Assembly (NCBI GenBank): GCA_013239625.1
Contig: MU055888.1
Coordinates: forward strand, 739,745 to 801,691
DNA from: Lama guanicoe
Taxonomy: Eukaryota
DNA: 61,947 nucleotides
Direction: 5' to 3'
The notes beneath the pieces are model-generated. The model did no database searches and was not told the DNA's origin. It saw only the letters and a list, made by a program, of their open reading frames with translations. Below, in pieces: positions 1-10,400 of this stretch (its first letter is position 1; each line of letters starts with the position of its first letter). The translations under genes and the position numbers were made by a program.

Positions 1-2329
1 CCAATCTGGGATTCGCCACCGTGTCTTGGGCAAATGACTTCACCTCTTTGTGCCTGCTCCTCCACCCCACCACCACCGCCATGGGTATAATAACAGTATC
101 CGAGTACAGGCTTGTTGAGAAAATCGTCTGGCACATAGTACGTGCTCAGTAAATGCCGCCTATTGTTATGTGCACATTCAGCTGTTCATTCAACCCGATT
201 TTCACACGTCGCCGTTGGGGCCAGGAGCTTGCAGGGAGGCAGCTCCGTGTGGAAACCGCCTCAACTGAGAGAGGGGAGAGGGGTTCATGCCACCTGGGGC
301 ATGGAAACGGAGCCTCAGACGCTTTATTTGTGAAAGGGTCTGTATAACGTCTGTAGTGAGAAATTTCCGCTTCCTCTTCTCAGAAGGGATGCCTGGGGGA
401 GGTAGAGGCCGGGCGACCCGGGGTTGCCACGCTCACCTGCACCCTGGCCCTCGGGTTTGCCTCCACTCCCGGCCGCACTCACCCGAATTCAGGGGCGCAC
501 GGCCCTCCGGACCCCCGAGGGACACTGAGTCCCAAGCATAAAGTGGCAGCCACCCCGAGGGTCGAGGCTTCCATCCCGCAGGGTACCCCCACCTCCCCAT
601 AAAGGCTGGCTGGGCTGACGGCCTGGCTGAGCCTTCCATTTCCAAGCCGGTGGTGACGCCTGGCGGCGGAGGGAAGGACAACCGCGACCTCCACTGGAGG
701 AACTCCTCTCTCTTCCCAGTCCCGCACTGTTGGGATAGGTGAGGGCAGAGAGTAGCATGGGGAGCAGACACCGTCAGGGGAATCCGGGAGGTTGGAGGGC
801 TTCTCAGAGCTGCACTGACTTGGGCTTCTGTTGAGGGGATGGAATCAAGACCTTCTGATTCCAGATCTGATCTGAGATGGGACCCTGGGAAGGAGGGGCC
901 CTGAGAAAGGGGCAAGGTTGGGGTGGTAACCAGATGAGACCCCAGAGAGTTCAGGAGGAAGACTTCCTTAGTCTTTTCTCCCTCTACCCCATTTGGGGTC
1001 GTCAATTTTCCCCTTTGGTGCCCCAGCCCCCCAGTATTTCAATGTACATGGGGAGAATGAGCCTCTGAATGGCCACAACCTGAAAGGGGCTTCAATCCCA
1101 GTGATGCCCAGGAGGGGTGAGCTGCAGCCATGGAGGCCTAACTGACCAGCAGAAGACATGGAGAGGCAGCAGGAAGGATGCCGCTGGAGACGCTTTTCTG
1201 ACTGGTGTTCTGCCCTGGACCACCATAGCTGCCACACTCACGCAGACTCGGCACTGGCCTGCCCTGCCCCGACCCTTCCAGGCTTAGGGGGGTGGGGGGC
1301 GGCAGCAGGAGGTCTGACCTGAGCCCAAAGGCATAACCTACTCACTCCTGATCACCAGGCCCGAAGTCAACCAACTCTAAACACGGGATTCAACAGACTC
1401 CACCAACTCAAGGTACGCAAATTCATACTCATCACATCCTGACCCACAGACTCGAGGCCTCCTGTGTTCCCCACTCCTTGAAGGGCCCCACTATCCACCT
1501 CATTAGAATCTTGGTGCCAGTCTTGCCTCCAGTCTCTTTTCCTACTCCATCCTACTGCAGGCTTCGGGACTCCGTCATTGCTCACCGGGACCACAACAGC
1601 CAGGACTAGTCTCTCCCAGCCATTCCTTACCCACCCACACAGCCAGAGGGAGACTGATGCCTAAGATGCAAACTAGATGGTGTCCCTCTCCTTTTCAAAT
1701 TCTTGGAAGACTTCCCACAGCCCCAAACTAGTCAAGGCATCTTGTTTACACTCACTAAATGGTATCCAAATTTTCTCATTTAATTGTACAACAAAACTGA
1801 GGCTTCAGGAGGTAATAAGGTGATGGCCCCAAACGTTCACAGATGGTGCTCTTCAGAGTTAGGATTTGGATGCAGATGGCTCGGGTTCCAGAGTGCACGC
1901 TTTTGCCCACCACGTGTCCTGAAGTGAGGTATTTGTTGTGTTGGCTGGGAGATTCCTTTAAAAAAAAAAGTCAAGATGAACAAGTTTAATTGTCATAGAA
2001 ATATGTTTCTTTTTAAGGCTTTTCTTCTATTTTCTTTTATTTTTAGCAAGGGATACTGGTTTCCCATTTATGGAAGTGATACAAAGTGTCCCTTTAAAAT
2101 GAATTCATTTTATAGGGGAAAAAAGTAGCCAACTGAAAGAAAAGAACTAAGTCAAGGATAGCCCAGGTGGACTGTGGAGCTAGGAGGTGAGAGATGGCAC
2201 ACTCACTGCAACACTGGGCTTCTCAGGAGAGAGGGCAGACTCTGCGGCCCCCTTCCAGGTCCTTTGGCTCTGCTTGCCTTGCCAGCCTGCCCCTCTCATT
2301 CTCTTCCCTACCTGCATCCCTTTTCTGGG

Positions 2330-2681
2330 GCTTCTGAATCATCTGCAGCTCCCCAAACACACCAGGCTTTGTCGTGCCTCAGTGCCTTTACACATGCTAT
2401 TCCTGCCTCCCTGCCCACCTTCCACCTTGGCTGTCTGGCAAACACCTGTTCACCATTAGACACTTCACCAGCTCAGCCATCACTTCCTTCCTGAAGCTTT
2501 TCTGAAATGGAATTGCTGTCTCTCCCACCATTGTACCCCCAGAGTCACTTGTCCCCACGTTGTTCTCCTCCCCTTTCTCCCCAGACCGTGAACTCCTAGA
2601 AGCCAGGGACAGTCTTCTTTGGTCCAGCACCTGACACTCAGGAGGAGCTCAGTAAATGTGCGTGCAATTGAATGAATGAAT
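2330..2681 (+). mobile_element. L2 3' end
   Basis: gcctttacacatgctattcc...agaccgtgaactcctagaagccagggac...gctcagtaaatgtg...tgaatgaatgaa. Confidence 0.65.
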
Positions 2682-2899
2682 TCCATGGGAGGCCAGGTGG
2701 GGAAAAGGTTGATTCCAGCTGGAAAGAATGGGGCGGGGATGACAGCCTTTAAGGAGAAGGTGTGTGGGGGCTTTTGAGCTGGATGTTGATGACAGCATGG
2801 AGAACCACGGAGAACAGTCTCTCAGGAGAAGATTTACGGATCTAGTTTCTGTCAAAGGGGAATGTCAATTTAGGGAGAAAGTTGATTTATTTAATAAAA

Positions 2900-3405
2900 G
2901 TTGCTGCCATATCAGTGATCCATCTGGAAGAAAATAAAGTCAAATCCTCCACTCCTACCTGACACCACCTACACGATAGATCCCCAATGGATTAAAATTT
3001 TAGAGTGAAAAATAAGAGCTAAAAATATTAGAAGAAAATTTAGAAGAATAATTATTGAAACTTGTGGAGGCAGGAAACCCAGAAGCCATACAAAAGAAAG
3101 ATTCGGTTATGGAAAAAAAGATTTCTGAGTGATGTAAGTTCCCATAAATAAAATAAAATAGCCAACAACAACAGACTGCAAAAAATTGTTGTAGCATGTG
3201 TAATAATAGACAAATGGTTGGTATCCTTACTATGAAAAAAATTTGTAAGCCAGTAAGAAAAAAAGCAAAAAATAAAGAATGGGCAGAAGTATGAACAAGC
3301 AGTTGACAGAACATGGATGTGAGAAGAGACTCAGCGTAAGCAGACGTCAGGGAAACATTTAAAACAATTAAAACACAATTTAAAACAACAATGAGATATA
3401 TATTT
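2900..3405 (+). mobile_element. Ancient L1 (L1ME-like) ORF2 3' relic
   Basis: A-rich degenerate L1 motifs (ctggaagaaaataaag, aatggattaaa, aaatattagaagaaaat, aatgggcagaagtatgaac, aaaacaacaatgagata). The subfamily is a guess. Confidence 0.6.
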
Positions 3406-3582
3406 TTTAATTATAAAAATAAATAGACTTTATTTTTTCAGAACAATTTTAGACTTACAGAAAAAAATTGAGCAAGTTCCCATAGACCACCTCCTACCCC
3501 ATACAGTTTCCCCTATTATTAACAACTTGCATTAGTATGGTACATTTGTTACAATTAAAGAAACAATATTGATACATTATTA

Positions 3583-3700
3583 TTTGGGGGGGAGTGATTA
3601 GGTTTATTTATTTATTTACTTAATGGAGGTACTGGGAATTGAACCCAGGACCTCCTGCATGTTAAGCACACACTGTACCACTGAGATATACCCTCCCCCC
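3583..3700 (-). mobile_element. tRNA-derived camelid SINE (Vic-1-like)
   Basis: The reverse complement reads GGGGAGGGTATATCTCAGTGGTACAG...GGTTCAATTCCCAGTACCTCCATTAAG(TAAA)nCCTAATCAC, with A and B boxes. It is flanked by an imperfect repeat atacattattatt/atactattatt. Confidence 0.85.
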
Positions 3701-3849
3701 AACATACTATTATTAACTAAAGTCCACAGTTTATTCATATTTTCAAGTTTTTACCTAATATCCTTTTTCTGATCCAGGAACCCATCCAAGATGCTTCATT
3801 GCATTTAGTCTTTTTGGCTGTGACCTTTCCTCAAACTTGTCTTGTTTTT

Positions 3850-4006
3850 TTAAAATCCCTTTTTAATGGAAGAAAAGCCTTAAAAAGAAACATATTTCTA
3901 TGACAATTAAACTTGTTCATCTGGACTATTTTTTTTTTTAAATAGTGACTGGGGAATCCTCAGGCATGCTAAGAACACACTCTACCGCTGAGCTATACCC
4001 ACCCCT
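3850..4006 (-). mobile_element. Rearranged Vic-1-like SINE carrying a foreign ~70-bp insert
   Basis: The SINE head (gcatgctaag...tctaccgctgagctatacccacccc) and the ttttaatgga tail junction are separated by non-SINE DNA. Flanked by aaacttgtcttgttttt / aaactcttcttgttttt. Confidence 0.75.
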
Positions 4007-4767
4007 CTAAACTCTTCTTGTTTTTGATGACTTGACAGTTGGAGGCATACTGGTCAGATTTTTTGTAAATGCCCCTCTACTGGCATTTGTCTGATCTTTT
4101 TCTCATTGACTGGGGCTGTGAATTTCAGGGAGGATGACCGCAGAGGTAAAGTGCCATTCTCATCACACATGCCAAGGGTACCTACTGTCAACATGACTTG
4201 TGACAGCTGATGTTGACCTTGATCGCCTGACTCAAGCCGTGTTTGTCAAGCTTTTTCCCTGTAAAATTATCCCCTATTCCCTAGCCTGCCTCTTTCCATA
4301 CCAGACTGTTTAGAAGGAAGTGGTTCTGTGCAGCCTGCCGTTAAGGCATGGGGGATTATATGCCCCTTCTTTTAAGATGAAGTAGCTACATCATTTTCTT
4401 GGAATTCTTCTGCACTGGAGATCTCTCTCTTCTCCCCCATTTATTAATTTATTCAATAATTTATTTCAATCCATATGTACTCATGGATATTTATTCTGTA
4501 TTTTGGGTTATCAGCCAATACTACTTTATTAATGTTGCTCCTCTGATTGCTGTGATGTATTTTTTACCCTCTGGGTTGGAAAAATTAAAAGATTGATTAA
4601 CAGCCAGGGCTGTGGCGGTGGCTGTGGGGTGCTGGCTGCCCAGAGTGTGAACTGCTTCCCCTTTGGAACTGGGGATGCATTTTCTGACATGGAAGCCCTG
4701 GAAGGAAAAAATACAAGGGCAGAGTGATTTATGTAGTCTGAGCCCATTTTTATATAAGAAGAAGGAC

Positions 4768-4813
4768 TCTCTGTCTCTGTCTCTCTCTGTCTCTCTCTCT
4801 CTCTCTCTGTCTC
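4768..4813. repeat. Imperfect (TC)n microsatellite
   Basis: tctctgtctctgtctctctctgtctctctctctctctctgtctc. Confidence 0.9.
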
Positions 4814-6028
4814 CAGGCAGTTATACTGGCCCACCTTCAATTCATTCTCCACCCAGTGAACACCTAAGGGGTCCCTGTGCCACCCCTTCGTATGCTCAGT
4901 TTCGGTGCCTTTAGAATAACGTTCAAACGCTTCACAGTGGCCTACAACGCCCTCTACTGGACATCAACTCAACTGTCCCTCCTCAGAGAGCCCTTCCCTG
5001 GCAGCCTGGTCCCTGCCTCACAACCCATCACTCTCAGCCCATCACCCCACCATTCCCCCCACCCCAAAGAATTCATCACTGTCTGAACTATTCTTATTTA
5101 CTCCCTATTGCCTATCCTCCCTTTACTGGAATGTAAGCCCCATAAGGGCGGCTGCCATCGTGGCCTTATTTTCCCCAGCAACCCAGGCTCAGCACAGGGC
5201 CCAACACGTAGTAGGTTGCAATTCTTCCTATTGTTGGGTGGACAACCTTAGAGAAATAAGGATAAACAACACTCCTGCGGCTCATTAGTGATCTCGGGGG
5301 TGTGGGGCTGCAAAGGGAGAGAGGAGATTATCAACTTTTTCTTTAGATACCTCTGGCTTGTTTAGCTGTTACAAAGAACATGTAGTACTGTGATTTGTAA
5401 TTAAAAAGAAAATCCAATAAAGATAATAAAAAAAGAAAAGAAAGAAATTAAAGTTTTCATTTCCTGGGGGAAAAAATATGAGAGAAAAGCAGGCGGCTTT
5501 ATGTCGGAAATTGGTTGTCAGGGAGCACGGGTAGTCTCTTGAGGCAGGGGGGTGAGGGGGCTGAAGAAGACTACAGGGTATGGTGGCAGAGGAGGGGGTT
5601 GGTGGGGAGACAGGAAGGTTCTAGAATTGTTATAAGAGGGTTCTGGGTAGAAGGGGTGGGAGGCAGAGGTGGCGCTGGGAGACCAGCTTGGAGTGCCCTG
5701 GAAGTAGGTTGATTTGGAGCAGCTGGTGAGGTGCATCGTTGGGGTGACTGGGGAAATCCCCGGACATTCCATGGCACCCCCACAGGGACTTAGCCAGCCC
5801 CATGGCCCCAGCCCCCTGGGGGCCAGCCATCTCCCCTCCGTTGGCTTCAGTTTTCCCAGCAACAAAATAGGGATTGAAGTAGGAGCCTCCAAGGGTCTCC
5901 CAGCTCGGATGATCACCTCAATGGGCGCTGACTCTTGGGACACTAGGGACCTTGTATTGGTCCTGAGTCCCTCCCACAGCCCCTATCCCCCAACCATTGC
6001 AGAGCTGTGAACAGACGGCCTCCGCCTC

Positions 6029-6047
6029 TGGCCAACAGAGGGCGCTG
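6029..6047 (+). promoter_or_regulatory. Candidate CTCF site (forward)
   Basis: TGGCCAACAGAGGGCGCTG versus consensus TGGCCACCAGGGGGCGCTA, in a small CpG-rich patch. Confidence 0.65.
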
Positions 6048-7124
6048 CGGCGGCGCCGCACTTGGCCAGGCTCAGCGCGGTCCTGAGCCGTTTGCTGAAG
6101 CTGAGGTCCTGAATGTGCCCCGCTGACCACTGCTTCCCTGTCCACAGGATCCTTCTCTCTACAGCCCTGGTCACGCCAGAGTGTCCACCGGATTCAAGTG
6201 TCCGGTTCTCCAAGCCTGGACTGAAGAGGGCAGGCTGGATTGGAGCCTGAAGAGATTCAAGAAATCATTTCTTCCATGCCCCTGCCTCTGATCTCTGCCA
6301 CCCCTCTCTCTACCTGTAGCCTCCCCCAAACCCAGAGCTGGCTGGGCCCCAGCCTAGCTTTTCCCTCCTGGGATCCTGGCCATCTGGACCACCCTTGCCA
6401 TTCTCTCTGGAGCTAATGGGACACATGGGTGGGACCAGGTCCTCAGCAGGACATCCAAGGACACTGGCTGCTTGTTGGCCAAGACCCCAGTGGGCCAGAG
6501 AAAGAGGTTCCCATTGGTTCTGGGAGCTAGCTGTATGATTTGGAAGAATCCAGTAGCCACAGGGGAACCCCATGTGTCCTTGCCTCCCTGGTCCTCTGTT
6601 GCTCCAAGGGCTCTCCCCAACAGAACTGGGGGCCCCCATTAGGCTGTTGCATCAGAGTATGTAGTGGGCGGTGGTGTGAGTGAGGCCTGGCCTTCAGAGC
6701 TGTAGGGAAGCACATTCTGGGGCAAACTTTCTAGGACCCTTGTCCTGGCACTCACTATAGGACATTTGGGGTAGATAGAGTCTCTCCAGCCAGGTGCTCT
6801 GGGCTGGGAAGCTGAGTGGAGATGTGAGGAGGGTCCAAATGACCATCACCCTGGGTCAGTGTGGACAAAGACCTCACCCAGGCCGTCACCCTGTCTCCCC
6901 CACCTCAAGTGGAATCTTGTTCTCAGAGTGATGTAGCTATGAGCCTCCGTCGGCCGGTGCCCCACGCTGTCATCAGTTGCTGAGTCCAGAGGGAGCATAG
7001 GCCTATGTGCTATAGGGACACAGTAAGGGTTGTGGACATATGCAAATAAGCTGTATCAGGAAGTCCTGGGCTGGACATTTGATCAGTCTGTCCAGAACTG
7101 TCACATCCTGACCTGCAGTTAAGA

Positions 7125-7425
7125 CTCTGCCCAATCCAGATTCAAATCTAGATTCTGATACTTGCTCACTGTGTGACCTTGGCAAGGAAGCCCCTACATG
7201 TTCTGAGCCTCACTTTTCCCACCTGTAAAGTGGGATAACAATAGCTCCAAAAACACAAGGCTATTGTTAAGTATTACACGATAGAGTATGCAGTAAGAAT
7301 TATAATACTGAACACTGAGTAGTGCAGGGAACTCTTCTAAGCATGTTACATGAGTTAAGTCATTTAATCCTCACTGTAAACAAATGAGGTCTGTCCTATT
7401 ATTACCCCCATTTTGTAGATAGAGA
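7125..7425. mobile_element. Two oppositely oriented MIR fragments
   Basis: + core tgtgtgaccttggcaag...ctgagcctcacttttcccacctgtaaagtgggataacaata, then - core catttaatcctcac...tattattacccccattttgtagatagag. Confidence 0.65.
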
Positions 7426-10400
7426 CAACTCTTGCTATAAAGGAACTTCTAGTGCAGTGGGGAGACTGAGAAGTGAGCAAAAATCCTTTGAGCCAAATTA
7501 GTCTGTACTGTTCAATAAAATGAGAATTTGGGCCATAAATGTTCAGGCTCTAACTGAGTCCTCATAACCCCCTGCAGTGCATCCATTTTACAGACAAGGA
7601 AACTGAGGCCCCAAGAAGCTGTAACACTCACCCAAAGGCACACAGTAGAAAGAGTGGGAGCCACATTGTCTGAATCTGATGTCTATGCTCTTCCCCTCAA
7701 AATAAACACAAAATATAATGTAAACCCAAGCATTCACCATGTAATTGGAGTTTTCAGAAAAGTCCCCTGTCCCTCGTTTCAAATGGTGGGTTGCAGCCCC
7801 CAAGCCCATAAACATCCCCTACACAGATCTTCAGGGCCAACCCCATCTCTTCAACCCACTGTTCTGCCTCTGGATGTGCAGAGTGAGGAGTGAGCTTACT
7901 TCTGCCTGGTAGAAGTAATCCTAGAGATGGATTCACCCAGTAAGTGACATTCCAAGTGGGACTTTGAAGGATGTATAGGAGTGTGCTCAGTGGACAGGGG
8001 ACGAATCTCGTCCAGGAAGAGGGAACAGCACAGCACAGCAGAGCAAAGATGTGAATGTTTATGGTGGAGGGAAGCAGGGAGGTGTTCTTGGTGGGGAACA
8101 GGGTGAATAAAGTCTGAAAACAGGGTCACCCAAGGAAGCCATATTTGGGGACCAATAAGGGCAGGAGGCCTGGGCTGCGGGAAACAGAGATAATGCAGAC
8201 AATACAGTCTGGAGCCATATTTTGGAGAAGCTGAAACTCTGAATAAAGGACTGCTACTCTGACTGTGGTATCCCAGGGACCCACTGGTGGTAAAACCACT
8301 AAAAACAGCCACCTTACCAGAGCTGCCTCCTCCCAGCCAATCACACAGGAGTGCCCATCTAGGGGTCTAGGTGAGATCTCTTGCTTAGAGCACTTCACTG
8401 GCTGCCAGCTTTGGCACACAGACTGTGTGCAACCCCCAGGCCCCTGTGTGGAGCTGTGGGGTCCCACGTGTAGACAAATGTATATAAATGTGAGTTTTGA
8501 GTCTGTGTGAAGACAGAAATGTGAGCACCTGTGCAGTTGCCCATATGAGTACATACTCGGTGCATCTCCCATGGGGCACAGGTGAGAGTGCACAGGGCTG
8601 GGACACAGGACTCTGGGTTCCTGCATGCAGATGGAGGCTGGTATATCCTTGTGCCTGTGTACAAGTGCAGGTGTGCATGTGTGTGTGTATGAGTGACTGT
8701 TCCTTAGGAGACACCTGGGTCAAGGGGAGATGGAGAGAAGCAAGTCCCTAGAAAAGGCTCAGCATCCTGTATGATCTGAATTCCCAGGTTGCTTAGAAAT
8801 GGCCAACCAGGAGGCACATGCAAATCAGATGTAAGTGATACACAAATAAGCAGACTTCTTCCTGGTCTGGGCTGGGGCCCCAGGAATCCTCAGGGGCAGT
8901 GGAAAGTGGAGCTGTGGGGGTGCTGGGAGCAGAACTCCTTATCACTTTGGTCCCTCTGAGCTCGTGGATTAAGGCTTAGAACCCCATGAGACACCATGGC
9001 CAGGGAGGCTTCCAGACGGCCCCTGGCCTGATTGCCAGCTATGGGCGCAGCAGGGAAGGAGAAGGGCGAGAGGTGCTGGGGAGCTGGGTGGGAGCTCCAA
9101 AGCCCGCCGCGGAGAATGGATGTCACAGTGACAGCTGGCCCAGCCTGCATTCACTGGTCAGGCGCAGTTGTTCGGGCTCCAAGGCGAGGGATCAAGGGCA
9201 GACAGGAGGCCTGGCAGTGGGTGGGCAGGGCCCCTGGGGCTTTCCTCAGCATTCAGAGCGCAGACTGATGGAGCTGGGGGAGGCTCACGCAGCCCTCGAC
9301 GCCTCCCTGAGTGCAGGGGGCTCAAGGTCCAGGGAGGGCGTGCAGATCACCCAGCGTGACCTCATGGGACAGACACTGAGCCCAGGCTCCCCACTCCCCT
9401 GGGGCTCTGCTTCCCCGGCTCATGCCACGTGCACACACCTGCACCTCACACCTTTGCAGAACCTCCGTCAGCCCCTGGGTGGAGCACACTCCCCAGCACC
9501 GAGGACCACGCCCCCAGCACATCCATCTCCCAGGCCTGAACACAGGTACCAGGACATCTGCCCACAGAGGCGCGTGCAGTCTCCCACCCAGCCCTTACAC
9601 CCAAGCACATGTCCGCAGACAGGCTGGGGCAGGGGGATGCACGGGGGCTTTCTCACCCCAGTGAGCTCCCCAACACACAGCACTCACTGCTGGGCATGCT
9701 GCCAGCTCGGCTTCCCCGATCCAGTTTCAGATTCACACGCAGTTGGGGGTCCAACTGCCGCCAGAGGAGGGGGGTTTGGTGCTTGCCTGACTCCTAGGTC
9801 ATTTCTCTGTGTGACAGGTCCCTTCCCTGAGGGAGGGGCTGACTCCTCCCTTCCACTTGGCTCCTGAAGGCGAAGGCTGTGTCTTCCCCATCAGACTGCC
9901 CGCCCCGCTCACAGCCGGCACTGGGCTCTGCACAATCCTATCGGTGTGGGGTCAGTGGACAGTCAGCTTTGCCCCATGACTAAGCCGAAGTTCAAAGGTC
10001 AAACCTCATGAGTGCCAGAAGGGAAAATCCAGCCTGACCAGGACGAAGTCCTGCCATCCCTGCAAAAGAGCAGGAGGCATCCTCAGATGCTACCTTGGCC
10101 ACAGGTCCCTCCTGCTGGAGCCTTGGAAAGCAGTGACACAGGGCCCGTCCAGGGGCTCATCCCCCTTCCCTCCAGAAAAATCTGTCTCCGTGTCAGCCTC
10201 AAATCCCTCATTCTCTATGGCATTTCCTCTCATCTAGCTGCCTGGGGCTCTCACATGCAGTCCCCTGACCTTACAGTTTTCCAAGCTGTATTGCCCTTGT
10301 TGGAATAAAAAAAGAAAGTGAGGGCCAAGGGGCTGTGGTACCATCCCAGGCCATCACCTTGTGCGTAAACAGGCTAATAGAAGGGAAGGGGCTTGCCTAA

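Larger units (their letters stand above)
3420..4545 (-). mobile_element. Old L1 3' UTR (L1MC-like) hosting two SINEs
   Basis: Segments typical of L1MC 3' ends: tagactttatttttt...gtacatttgttacaatt...ttattaactaaagtccacagttta and gaggtaaagtgccattctcatcaca...tgatgttgaccttgatc. Confidence 0.7.

Noticed and set aside
8986-9867. 293-aa + strand ORF
   Set aside because: No domain-like pattern, low-complexity composition, and no supporting splice or promoter structure.
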